In this document: piece by piece, positions 10,917 through 21,574 of the stretch
How positions within the stretch are numbered: position 1 is the stretch's first letter
Layout of the letters: each line of letters starts with the position of its first letter
DNA from: Epithemia pelagica
Taxonomy: Eukaryota > Protista > Bacillariophyta
Direction: 5' to 3'
Length of the DNA: 64,000 nucleotides
NCBI GenBank assembly: GCA_946965045.2
Contig: OX337239.1
Location: 806,001-870,000, forward strand
Notes under the pieces: model-generated
The model's input: only the letters and a program-made list of their open reading frames with translations
What the model was told of the DNA's origin: nothing
Databases searched by the model: none
Translations under genes and position numbers: made by a program

Positions 10917-12986
10917 CTAACTTGACATCTTTGTCGATCGACAGAGATGGTGAAAAAACTTGGTGAGAATCATTTTCGAGGCTGGTCCCATCATGTGCAT
11001 ACCATCAAATTGACCCGCCACATCATAGGTCAGCGCTGCCGTCACATCAAATCCATTGATCATCTTCCAACCCCGGGGAATAAGCTCCTTCTGCATCACA
11101 AGACTCAATTCTTGCGCATGCTCCACAGTCACAAACGGTTCCCTTTCGCTCGAGTAGTAAAAGCCAGTCACGAAATACTTTTCCTCCCCCTCGTTCACTG
11201 TTGGTCCCATTTTCTCAATTGCTTTACTGTACTCAGATTGTTTGTCATGCCAAAGCACATGCGGTACTTTAAGCGTTGACAATGTAACATCAAGAGGCTT
11301 TGCCAAAGGATCCGATGCAGTGTTGAACAGCGTAATAGTGCGTAGTCTCTGTTCCATATACAGTCGCAAGATTGCTGCAATGGATGCCCCCTCAATTTGA
11401 ATCCTTGAAATGTGTCGGTCATTCACACACTTTTGCAATTCCTTATCTGTGAATTCCATGTAGTCACAGTTGTACCGTTTCCAGACTGCAAACCATTTTT
11501 TATCCTCGTGAACTTTGGATAACCAGGGGTGGTGATATTCCAAGTGTGCACGGACTTCTGCCATGACGTGTCCTATTTTGGACAAGTCATCCCGATGCCA
11601 ACAAATTGGATTCTCTCCATCATGGTCTGTAATGACAAACTTCAAAGCCTTGGTCGCTGGATCTTTGTCAAAGGACATGGGCTTGCAAGTCGACATGTTC
11701 CAGGGCAGTCGGACCCACCTACCAGAATCCATTGGGGTTGTGAATGCACTCATGGGCACTTCATCGTCCTGTGTGCACTGCGGAAGTGTGGTGTGTTCTT
11801 GGACGTTTCGTGCGATAGCAGAAGCACTCGTGTTCTTGTATTGTTCCAAGGTGAAGACAGACGATGGGTAGACATCGACAGAATCGTCCAAGGCATTGTT
11901 GAGACATGGATAGTCTTGGGTATGCCAAAAACTCCAGCCACAGCCAGCAAAATAGGATGTCTCTTGACCATGTGGTTTTCCATGTATAAATGGCTTTGAG
12001 AGATTCTTCAAGGGGGGAAAGTGAGGATGATGCTTAAACTCTGAAACAAATGTCTCTTGTACGTGAGGCGATTCTTCCATCCATTTCCTTGTGGGAAGAG
12101 CAGGAGATGGTATGCTTGTATTCTCGTGAAAGAAGAGCTCACAGCCATTCAGCCTCTTGTTAGGGCTTGTCCGAGTTAGGGGAGGGGTCGTCCAGTAGAC
12201 ACACCCTGGTTCCCGAGCGCAGATATCGCAACAGGACTCCCACGGAGAATAAAACTTGAATCCAAGAAAGCCAACACTGATTGGATAGGCATCCAAATCT
12301 ACATCAAAGGTCTTTTCATGTTTCTCACAGCCAACATTGGCTGGCGCATATCCATTGTAGGACAAAATCCGCACATCCACGTGATAATCGCCAGGCACTT
12401 GGAGTTGGAACGGAAACTCCCAGTGGCATTCTTGCTTGTCACCAAACCAATTCATGGTTGTTTTGTTTTCTGCAATGGCACTTCCACCATGAATCTCAGG
12501 TCCAGCCACACGAACCCACAAAGTCCACTTGTGACAATCACGGACTGGAGTCTCCTCAAGTGTATTGAAAATTCTGACAACATTCTGTCCAAGCACAGGC
12601 TTGTCGGGGAGGAGTGCTGACAAAAGAATGGAATGACGATGAAAGGCATAACCCATTCCTCTCATATAAAAGGTTGCATTCGCATTGAATCGGGTGGATC
12701 CAAAGTACTCTGCTTGGCGGTCCTCAAAGAGCGTCAGGGCCGATTCCCGTGCCATTGAAATGCCATTTTCGATTGGATCAAATGAATCTTTTTGCAGAGT
12801 CTTGTTTCCAGCAATATTCGGCTGATCTTGTTGTGGGTTCCTGTTGTACCGTGGAGCCTGCAACCATGCCTTTTGAGATTGCCATTGATAGCAGCAGTAT
12901 ATCAAAAACACAGCGAAAACAACAACCACCTGTTTGATCCTCCGCGATCCACGAGAAGTTCGTGAGCTGCTTGGGTTGTTAGACAT
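10917..12986 (-). CDS. Type II membrane NXPE / PC-esterase (SGNH)-like protein with Ig-like and Cys-rich (PAN-like) segments
   Basis: Long ORF with probable ATG at 12986 (MSNNPSS). N-terminal TM (VVVVFAVFLIYCCY), RVAGPE..PGDYHVDVR Ig-like motif, GAS in place of GDS, and C-terminal DGMH (DxxH). Confidence 0.6.
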   Translation of the reverse strand: MSNNPSSSRTSRGSRRIKQVVVVFAVFLIYCCYQWQSQKAWLQAPRYNRNPQQDQPNIAGNKTLQKDSFDPIENGISMARESALTLFEDRQAEYFGSTRFNANATFYMRGMGYAFHRHSILLSALLPDKPVLGQNVVRIFNTLEETPVRDCHKWTLWVRVAGPEIHGGSAIAENKTTMNWFGDKQECHWEFPFQLQVPGDYHVDVRILSYNGYAPANVGCEKHEKTFDVDLDAYPISVGFLGFKFYSPWESCCDICAREPGCVYWTTPPLTRTSPNKRLNGCELFFHENTSIPSPALPTRKWMEESPHVQETFVSEFKHHPHFPPLKNLSKPFIHGKPHGQETSYFAGCGWSFWHTQDYPCLNNALDDSVDVYPSSVFTLEQYKNTSASAIARNVQEHTTLPQCTQDDEVPMSAFTTPMDSGRWVRLPWNMSTCKPMSFDKDPATKALKFVITDHDGENPICWHRDDLSKIGHVMAEVRAHLEYHHPWLSKVHEDKKWFAVWKRYNCDYMEFTDKELQKCVNDRHISRIQIEGASIAAILRLYMEQRLRTITLFNTASDPLAKPLDVTLSTLKVPHVLWHDKQSEYSKAIEKMGPTVNEGEEKYFVTGFYYSSEREPFVTVEHAQELSLVMQKELIPRGWKMINGFDVTAALTYDVAGQFDGMHMMGPASKMILTKFFHHLCRSTKMSS

Positions 12987-13127
12987 TGTTTTTCCTTTGC
13001 TTGCCTTGAACCAATACCATCCAATTTGTTGAAACACAACTCCGGTCGTACCGTACAAGTAACCACTAGAGATGATCTCGTGTTATTTTAAAAAGAATGA
13101 GCCTCCTCTTGGCTCATTTGTTTGTTT

Positions 13128-13242
13128 CAAGAAACGGTCGCGGTATTGAGCGAGATTTTAGCGAAACATAGACCTCTAGGTTAGAGGATCCTAATAGTCA
13201 CTCTTTTGAAATATGACTGGTATCATGACCGAATTTTGGTTT
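13128..13242 (+). repeat. 5' LTR-like terminal repeat (115 bp)
   Basis: CAAGAAACGGTCGCGG...GACCGAATTTTGGTTT is identical to 19330-19444. Confidence 0.9.
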
Positions 13243-13681
13243 ATCAGACCCAATGACTCTGAATCCGAAGGAAAAGCTAAGGCACAATGGGCCTGGGAAG
13301 GTCGTGAAATATCTAGATCGGACAGAAAAGGTCCATAATGATCTGCTCATGGAAGATTATAGTATATCTTCTACCCATCTTAGAATATGTTCAGCCTGCA
13401 ACGGGGAGTGAACAAGATTGGGTTAGGGGTGCGGTCAGCTTAAGCGCGCACCCTGGGCAATGGCGGACGCGCCACTCCTTGCCGTTGAAAGGAGAAGCCT
13501 GCCATGCGCCATGCGATAATACAATATCACTTATGTGACGCTGGACGATAATGCAGCTGTGCACGCTTTCTACCTTCTGGATCGCCAGTGAATGAGGTCG
13601 TAAGAAAAGATGAAGTGCAACACACTTCCGAATACCTGAAAGTCTGAAAGAGTCCCAAGATCTTAAGAAGAAACATCAACC

Positions 13682-15208
13682 ATGGCAATGCCCGCACCTC
13701 CTGCTCCTCCTGTTCCGCCGCCAGCACCTCTGACTGCTGCGCAACTTCTCACCCAAGTAAACGACTACTTCCAAAACGTATTGATGATTGCGGACCAGGA
13801 TGTTCGAGACGCCTTGAATGGTCAAGGTCTCATCTCAATCGGCGATTTCGAAGGTCTCCCGGAAGATGACATCGCTGAAATCTGCAACAATGCCAGGAAG
13901 CCGGGTGGAACCATCCCGAATCCAGCATATGATCCAGCTAACCCAGTTGCTGGAGTCCCTCAGACAATTACAAACCCCGGAGTCCTTGTTGGGCATGTGA
14001 TTGAGAAGCGTCTGAAGATGGTACGATACTACGTCCATCATCTCCAGAAAGTGTCGAGAACTTTTGATCCTGCTGCGAGTCATGCTAATTTACAAGGCTT
14101 ACAGAATCTTTATCGCTTCAAGACGAGTGAGGACGAATATGACAACGATATTGACCTCCCCGAACGTCTCATTGCGGTTGAGAACATTCGAGTTGTCTTA
14201 GAAGATTTGGACAACTACTTGGAGCGAAAGAGGGGATGCACCGGAATCCCTTTAGCTGCCTACACTCGTGTGGTACAAGCAATTCCTCCTCTCAACCGTG
14301 ACCCTGGGTATGCGACTCCAAGCATCTCAGCTGAACTAATCAGGCGTGCACCTCATAATGGTCCAACGGCTCTCACCGACAACGAAGCTGTTTGGGACGC
14401 TGTACGTCATGTTACCCATGATGGCCCCGGATGGGGATGGGTACAGTCCTTTAGCCGAACTCGGAATGGTCGTCAAGCTTATTTGGCCTTGAAAAGCCAT
14501 TATTTCGGTGACGCCTACCAAACGAGACTTCGTGCAAAGGCTGATCAAACATTGGAAACCAATTACTACGATGGCACCAAACGCCATTATACTTATGAAA
14601 AATACATTGAGTCCTTGCAGAGGGCTTTCACTGACTTGGAATCTACAGGAGAGTTCGTTAGCAATGAGAGAAAAGTTCGTGTACTAATGACGGGAGTACA
14701 CGATCCTCGGTTGGAGAGCGCCAAGAATACGATCTTGGCAACACCAGAACTGCGAGTGTCCTTTGAAGTTGCATCAAACTATATGGCAGAAGTCCTTGAC
14801 AACAAGGTTTCCTATAGCGCAACGACGCGGAAAGCCAGAATCTCCGCTGTCCAAGTAAATTATAAGAAGAATGGAGGACAAGGTAACAACAAGAACAATA
14901 ACAAGAACAAGAATGAAGACAACAAGAATTTCAATCCGAATCGCTATTTCCCATTCACCCAATGGATTAAGCTCACTAAAGAGCAACAACAAATGGTTCG
15001 AAGCGTACGAGATGCGCAAAACAGCAGCACCAAGAAAAGGAGTGCATCTGCGATTCAGTCGTCTGGCAAGAAGAAACAGAAAAATGATGGTGGATCGACC
15101 ACGACGACAGAAGACACATCAAGTAGTGATGGAGAACAAAATGAAGAAAAGGAATTGGGAATTGGCGCCATCATGAGCCAAAGGAAGAAAGGAAAGAACC
15201 GTGTCTGA
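13682..15208 (+). CDS. Gag, 508 aa
   Basis: ORF follows the 5' repeat. Has a gag-like helical core (YLALKSHYFG, KVRVLMTGVHD) and a basic/low-complexity tail. Ends in TGA in frame with pol. Confidence 0.85.
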   Translation: MAMPAPPAPPVPPPAPLTAAQLLTQVNDYFQNVLMIADQDVRDALNGQGLISIGDFEGLPEDDIAEICNNARKPGGTIPNPAYDPANPVAGVPQTITNPGVLVGHVIEKRLKMVRYYVHHLQKVSRTFDPAASHANLQGLQNLYRFKTSEDEYDNDIDLPERLIAVENIRVVLEDLDNYLERKRGCTGIPLAAYTRVVQAIPPLNRDPGYATPSISAELIRRAPHNGPTALTDNEAVWDAVRHVTHDGPGWGWVQSFSRTRNGRQAYLALKSHYFGDAYQTRLRAKADQTLETNYYDGTKRHYTYEKYIESLQRAFTDLESTGEFVSNERKVRVLMTGVHDPRLESAKNTILATPELRVSFEVASNYMAEVLDNKVSYSATTRKARISAVQVNYKKNGGQGNNKNNNKNKNEDNKNFNPNRYFPFTQWIKLTKEQQQMVRSVRDAQNSSTKKRSASAIQSSGKKKQKNDGGSTTTTEDTSSSDGEQNEEKELGIGAIMSQRKKGKNRV

Positions 15209-18200
15209 CAATCTATCAGTGCGGTTGCAAGTGAAATTGAAGCCGCGACGGCAACTTGTGAATTGGATAGTCATGCCGATACTTGTTGCTTGGGAAGTGT
15301 CTGTCTGAAATTATACGAAACGGACAAAGCTGAAGTCAGTGGTTTCACAAACACACTTGGAAGTCTCAAGGAAACACCGATCATCACAGGTGTAGTAGCG
15401 TATGATGACCCAACAAGTGGAGAGACATATCTCCTATATTTTCACCAATCATTGCACCTCCCAATGATGGACAAGTGTTTACTCAATCCAAACCAGATGA
15501 GAGAGGCAGGGATAAAGGTCAACGACGTTCCCCTCAAGTATTTGAAAGAAGAACAGAGGGAAACGGATTCCCACTCGATAGTGGCTCCAATAGAAGGAAA
15601 ACAAGACGGTCTCGTGATTCCCTTTGACTTGGTTGGGGTCATGAGCAGTTTCACCGTCAGGAAACCCACTTGGGATGAAATTAACAATGTAGATCCGTCA
15701 TACAAGATCAACATGACAAACGAAGGCCCGGAATGGAACCCGAATGACTCGGCAAAAGATGTCGATGAAAGTAAACTCCGGGAAGGGCTTTCGGAAACAA
15801 CATTGAGACGGGTAAAAGATACTCGTCATCTCCATCAAAGAATGGCCCGAATGGTGCGAGTCAATTCGAGGACGATAGCAGATATTAGGCATCGTCGAAA
15901 GGGGACAATCGATCCCATGACACTGTCATCAAGATGGGGAATTGGTCTCCCCATGGCAGAGAAAACGTGCGAGATGACGACGCAGCTCGGGATAAGAGAT
16001 TTCTCGGACTCTGTCGGAAGCAAACGGCTTAAGCACACTGCGTATCAATTAAAGCATCGCAGATTGAGAGCAGATGTCTATACAGACACTCTCTTTTCAG
16101 ATATCAAGTCCTTGGCACAAAACACTTGCGGACAAATTTACGCCACCAATTTTGGATGGGTACAGTTTTACCCAATGGCAAGAAAGAAAGACGCCCACAC
16201 TACCTTGGAAAGGGTGTTCGATGATTTTGGAATCTTTAATAGTGTCATTCCGGATAATGCGCCGGAACTCACAAGCGGACAATTCAGAAAGACCGCTCAT
16301 AAGTTTGGTTGTCGCATTCGGCCTATCGAGGCATGGACACCAAACCAGAACCTCGCCGAGGCCAACATCCGGGAAATAAAGAGGATGTATCGGCGAGAGA
16401 TGAGACGAACAAACTGTCCGGCTGTCTTATGGGACCATTGTCTGGAACTAATGGCAAAGAGGAGATCCCATACAGCCCTTTCGACAAATGCCCCAAATGA
16501 TGGACCACCAATGAAAATCTTGACGGGCGATACTCCTGATATCTCCCATCTAGTGGAGCACAGGTGGTACGACCCGGTGTGGTATTCCAATCCGGGATTT
16601 GAAGGTCGAAAATTGGGACGGTGGTTAGGGCCAAGTCACAGTGTTGGTCAAGCTATGAGCTCGAAGATATTGACTTCAAAAGGCAAGATAGTCCATAGGA
16701 CATCAGTGTGGCCTCTGTCAATCGAGAAATCACATGATGAATCCTTTGCAGCCCAGAAAGAGCAATTCAATGACTCCCTAAAGGAGGCTCTTGGTGCAAG
16801 GATGGAAGGTCTTCCACCAGAGGAGGACGAGGAGCCTACAGAGGATAGTAATGCTACTCCGCATTATGAAGCCTACGAGGACGATGAACAGGGCGATGTG
16901 AGGAAACCAGAGATCGACGACCACAAGGTCGACTCATACGACAAACTCATATCAGCTAAAGTGATGCTCCCCTTAGGGGACTCGTTAAGGCCGGGTCAAG
17001 TAAAGAGGCGAAAACGAGATGCTGATGGAAACTTAATCGGCAAAGCATCATCAAACCCGATCTTGGATACCTCAATGTATGAGGTCGAGTTTCAGGACGG
17101 CCATGTGGAGTCTTATGCAGCAAACCTGATCGCGGAAAATATTTATGAGCAATTGGACGATGAGGGCAATAAATACCGCCTCATCGATCAAATCATTGAT
17201 CATAAGAAGGACGCCACAGCCATTCCACTTTCGAATGGAACAATCATGCTCAATGGTAGAGAACATAAGAAGAGGACAACAAGGGGTTGGTCTCTGTGCG
17301 TCCAATGGAAGGACGGGTCAACAAGTTGGGAGTTCCTCAAAGACTTGAAGGAATCAAACCCGTTAGAGGTCGCCGAATATGCTGTGGCAAACCTCATCGA
17401 CAAAGAACCTGCATTCGCGTGGTGGGTTGGTTTTGCATTAAGGAGAAGAGACCGATTAATCAAGGCAGCCAAAACCACAAGATACATGCGGAAATGGCAG
17501 AAATATGGGATAGAGATCCCTAAAACAGTCGAACGTGCCTTAGAGATAGACAAAGAAACAGGGACGGATTATTGGGCCAAAGCACTTCGCCTGGAAATGT
17601 CCAAAATCTTTCCAGCCGTCAAGATACTTGATGAAGGAGCTCAACATCCCGTCGGCCATCAAATGATCCCCTGTCACATCGTATTTGATGTCAAGATGGA
17701 TTTTACAAGAAAGGCTCGTTTTGTAGCTGGTGGTCACAAAACTCAAGAACCTGAAACTCCAACGTACGCCAGTGTAGTCTCTCGAGAAAGTGTACGTATT
17801 GGATTCCTCTTGGCAGCTCTCAATGGCATCGACGTAATTGCCGCAGATATCGCTGGCGCTTACCTTAATGCGCCTTGCCATGAGAAAATTTGTATGAAGT
17901 GTGGTTTGGAGTTCGGCAAAGAATACGAAGGGCGATTCGCCATAATCACTAAGGCCTTGTATGGTCTCAAGACCAGTGCCTTTGCGTGGAGGGAACATTT
18001 ATCCACCACACTACAAGAGTCCCTTGGTTTTAGACCGTGTCGAGCGGACCCAGATGTGTATTTGAGGGCGGCCACAAACAAGGACGGTTCAAAGTATTAC
18101 GAGATGGTTTTCATTTATATTGACGATGTTCTTGTGCTATCAAATAAAGGCCGAGACATCTTAAATATGATCGATCAGCACTATCTACTGAAACCTGATT

Positions 18201-19194
18201 CGATTGGTCCACCGAAACTTTACTTGGGCAATCAGGTCGAGACGTTTGACATTGACGGGGACAGTTCCAAAAGGTGTTGGGCACTGAGCTCCAATCGTTA
18301 TGCAAAGGAGGCTATTCGAAAGTGCAAACTTGGATGGAGGCCCGTGGCATGCAATTCAAGACTCGGACTGTTGGAGTACTTCCCTCAAATTACAGACCAG
18401 AATTGGACACAAGTGCATACTGTGACCAGGAATGGATGACATTCTATCAACAGCAAATGGGCGTTCTCAGGTGGCTTGTTGAATTGGGTCGAATAGACAT
18501 TACTGCAGAGGTCTCGATGTTGGCGGCATTCTTGGCAGGACCAAGGGAAGGTCATGTCCATGCCATGTTACATGTGTTCGCATACATCAATACGCATGAC
18601 CGATCAAGATTGGTCCTTGATCCGGATTACATCATGCATGGAGAAGAGCCGATGGCAGATTGGAGTGGGTTTTATCCTGATGCGAAGGAAGATATACCAC
18701 CAGATGCTCCAGAACCACTTGGAAAGGCCGTGCAAATGACAGCTTTCGTGGATTCAGACCATGCCGGTGATTTGGTCACCCGACGGTCAAGAACTGGAAT
18801 CTTAATATTCTTGAACAGAGCCCCGATCAACTGGTATAGTAAGAAGCAAACCAGCGTCGAAACATCGACTTTTGGATCGGAATTCATGGCTTTGAAAGTT
18901 GGTATCGAGATGATCAAGGGCCTCAGATACAAATTGAGAATGATGGGAGTCCCCATCGAAGGGCATACCCACATTCGCGTTGACAATATGTCGGTGGTAG
19001 CGAACAGCTCCAAACCAGAGTCAACGTTGAGAAAGAAATCAAATGCCATTGCGTATCACTTTGTTCGTGAGAATGTTGCAAATGGGTCTTGTCGTATTGC
19101 TTTTGAACCATCCCGTACTAACCTTGCTGACCTTTTAACGAAGATACAGACAGGTGCAGAGAGGACAAGACTGGCATCAATGATCTTATACTGA
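15209..19194 (+). pseudogene. Pol (protease-integrase-chromo-like-RT-RNase H) with a 1-nt deletion frameshift at ~18320
   Basis: In ATT CGA AA GTG CAA ACT TGG the reading EAIR. continues as VQTWMEARG in the other frame. The two ORFs 15263-18439 and 18274-19194 join there. Confidence 0.88.
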
Positions 19195-19329
19195 GTACGT
19201 TTCCCACTGTAACAACAGGATCGGGTACGTCCTGCACTTGACATGAGGCAAGCTTTAAGCAGGTTTAGGAGGAATGAATGATAGGGGACACGATTACCCC
19301 AGCAAATAGCCAGTGAATCGCGAGGGGAC

Positions 19330-19444
19330 CAAGAAACGGTCGCGGTATTGAGCGAGATTTTAGCGAAACATAGACCTCTAGGTTAGAGGATCCTAATAGT
19401 CACTCTTTTGAAATATGACTGGTATCATGACCGAATTTTGGTTT
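19330..19444 (+). repeat. 3' LTR-like terminal repeat (115 bp)
   Basis: Identical to 13128-13242 and preceded by a short purine run (GAGGGGAC). Confidence 0.9.
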
Positions 19445-19660
19445 CGCCTCGATCTTGCGTCTATGACTCTGACGTGTCACCAAAGTCCATTGGGCCTTTT
19501 CCTCTTCAGTCGCACCTTTCGTTTCCTTTGCCTTATTCGCATCCACTTGTCCTAACACAATTCCGAATACAATCCAAACAGTGAATCTGGAAGAAATAAT
19601 GCTTTGCAAATTGTCAATTTTCACGACTGTACGCCCAAAAAGTTGTGGAAAAAATCCCAC

Positions 19661-19726
19661 AACAGTCAGGCTGACAGACAATAAGCGACCTGGACGTACC
19701 ACTAGGTAGTACGGTCGAGTCTTCAC
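19661..19726. repeat. Split direct repeat B2 (66 bp)
   Basis: AACAGTCAGGCTGACAGACAATAAGCGACCTGGACGTACCACTAGGTAGTACGGTCGAGTCTTCAC matches 21012-21055 plus 21491-21512 with 1 mismatch. Confidence 0.9.
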
Positions 19727-19740
19727 GGTAGGGCGGGTGG

Positions 19741-19956
19741 GCGAAAGAAGTATGTAAAGAACCGAACGGGTGATCAAATCCAACGATGTGCTTCACAAAA
19801 CTTCTTTCCAACAATTTATGATTGTTGAAACTTTGTTGGGCCAGTCATCCAAATGCCTGTCCCAACAACAACTCATTCTTCCAAGAACTCTTTGGGCGTG
19901 ATTGATTGGTCATCGTTCGTCCGTCGATCCCTTCTTGACCGGAGCGGTACGATGCG
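19741..19956. repeat. Split direct repeat A2 (216 bp)
   Basis: GCGAAAGAAGTATG...GGTACGATGCG is identical to 29164-29379. Confidence 0.92.
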
Positions 19957-21055
19957 GTACTTCATCCTCCCTCTTCCAATCAACACACTCTTCAGAGTTC
20001 GTGTCACGTTCATCATCCTGATAACATTATATTAAAGTACTTAACCAACACTGGGGGGGTATAGGCCCCCCACCCATCAATCCCATATAGGGAGGGATCC
20101 GGAATCGCGCCGCGCTGCCAGAACTCCAGATTCTGAACAATGCGCGTCTGCTGTGGGCGAGCGTGTTTCCAACCAGTGAGCCATTCTCCTTCTACTCACA
20201 AAGTGAGCCTGTACTCTCGAAATCTCTTCGCAGTAGTACAGTAGTCAGCCGCTGTAGGGTGCCACCCCCCAGCAACCAACCTGGAGAAATAGCCCATTGA
20301 TCTTTCACATACCCCAAGACCGGTGAACGGTACTGTAGTATTATTTTGTTCAAGGACGTACAGTTTATAATGTTATCAAAGCGCTAGGTTGTTGCGCGTG
20401 CGGCGGGCCTCTGAAACAACAATCGTAAACGATCGTGTAACCTACGCCATGTTTGCTTGTCCGAATTGCTTTTTCCTCGAATGAAGATGGTGTGTAATGA
20501 AAGTTCTACTTTAGCAATGGGTAAACGATTCAACAGTTCTATGGACAGGTATGTTTAGAGCAACTGTGTAGAAGCGTTTACCCATCGGACCATAGCATCT
20601 TCTGTTATCTCGGGGAGTAGTGGTAGGCATGTTTGAAAGGCCCGCTGAGCCAGCACGGGTGATCAGTGCTTTTGCGAGTGCCCTGCAAGATGAAAAGCTC
20701 ATGAGAGCTTTCCATTTTGCAACCCAAGCCCCAAGTCCGAATGGATAGCTCGGGAAGCATAAGCTGCTTGCAGAAGACAACGACAAGGTGGAGAATGAGC
20801 AGGCATCAAAGTTTGCTCCGCGTCGATCATCGCAACAAAACGATAAACATCGAGCTCACTTTTCTGCATCACCGCTCTCTCTACTCGTACACATTGACCT
20901 ATAGTTTTTATTGTGTTACTATTTTTCTTACAGTCGAAAGTTGGCACGTGCCAAATCCTCTGTAGTAGAGTACCAAATACCTGTTTTCAGTACCCCGTGG
21001 CGTACGTGTTTAACAGTCAGGCTGAAAGACAATAAGCGACCTGGACGTACCACTA

Positions 21056-21488
21056 CCGTAATTTGCGGACTCCTGTCCCCCCGGAATGTACAAAAATTAA
21101 GAGGAGGGGGACAGGACTACGCAATTTTTGATAATTTTTCTTAAGATTCCATTCACACACTACAATTGTTTTCTTAGTAAATTAATTTTCAACCTCGGGG
21201 TTGTAGAGAAGGTTTGGTCGCACAATTCCAGTCAGGGGAAAGACCGTGCTTCAATGCGTAGCCTTAACCCTAATCATAATACCCATCATGCTTTATCTCT
21301 TGTTTCTCCTCTTTGATTCACTCCCATGTAATGTCAGGCAGTGTGATAGAAAGCTCGGAACGTGAGGAATGTGGGGGTAACCCATAAGCCCAGAAAGAAC
21401 CTACAAATAAAAAGTTAGGGGGCCATGTACGTTTAAGGGGAGTGGGGGGGACAGGACTATAGGGGGGACAGGAATCCGCAAATTGCGG
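21056..21488. mobile_element. MITE (433 bp), Tc1/mariner-type, TA target duplication, 27-bp TIRs
   Basis: TIRs CCGTAATTTGCGGACTCCTGTCCCCCC and GGGGGGACAGGAATCCGCAAATTGCGG (2 mismatches). TA at 21054-55 and 21489-90. Empty site CACTAGGTAG at 19700-19709. Internal GGGGACAGGACT copies. No coding capacity. Confidence 0.92.
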
Positions 21489-21574
21489 TAGGTAGTACGG
21501 TCGAGTCTTCACCCCGTGTGGTCGTTCCCCTCATATCTTGTCATCATCTCTTCATCATTATAAAATCTTCTTCT

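Larger units (their letters stand above)
13128..19444 (+). mobile_element. Second Ty1/copia element (CoDi-like, chromodomain-bearing) bounded by identical 115-bp direct repeats
   Basis: Direct repeats at 13128-13242 and 19330-19444 flank gag + pol (ELDSHADT protease, YTDT/PDN/AEANIRE integrase, YIDD RT, FVDSDHAG RNase H). Confidence 0.93.

Noticed and set aside
13243-13295. Extension of the LTR beyond 115 bp (ATGACTCTGA and TGGGCC words recur after 19444)
   Set aside because: Only two short words match, with different spacing, which is compatible with chance.
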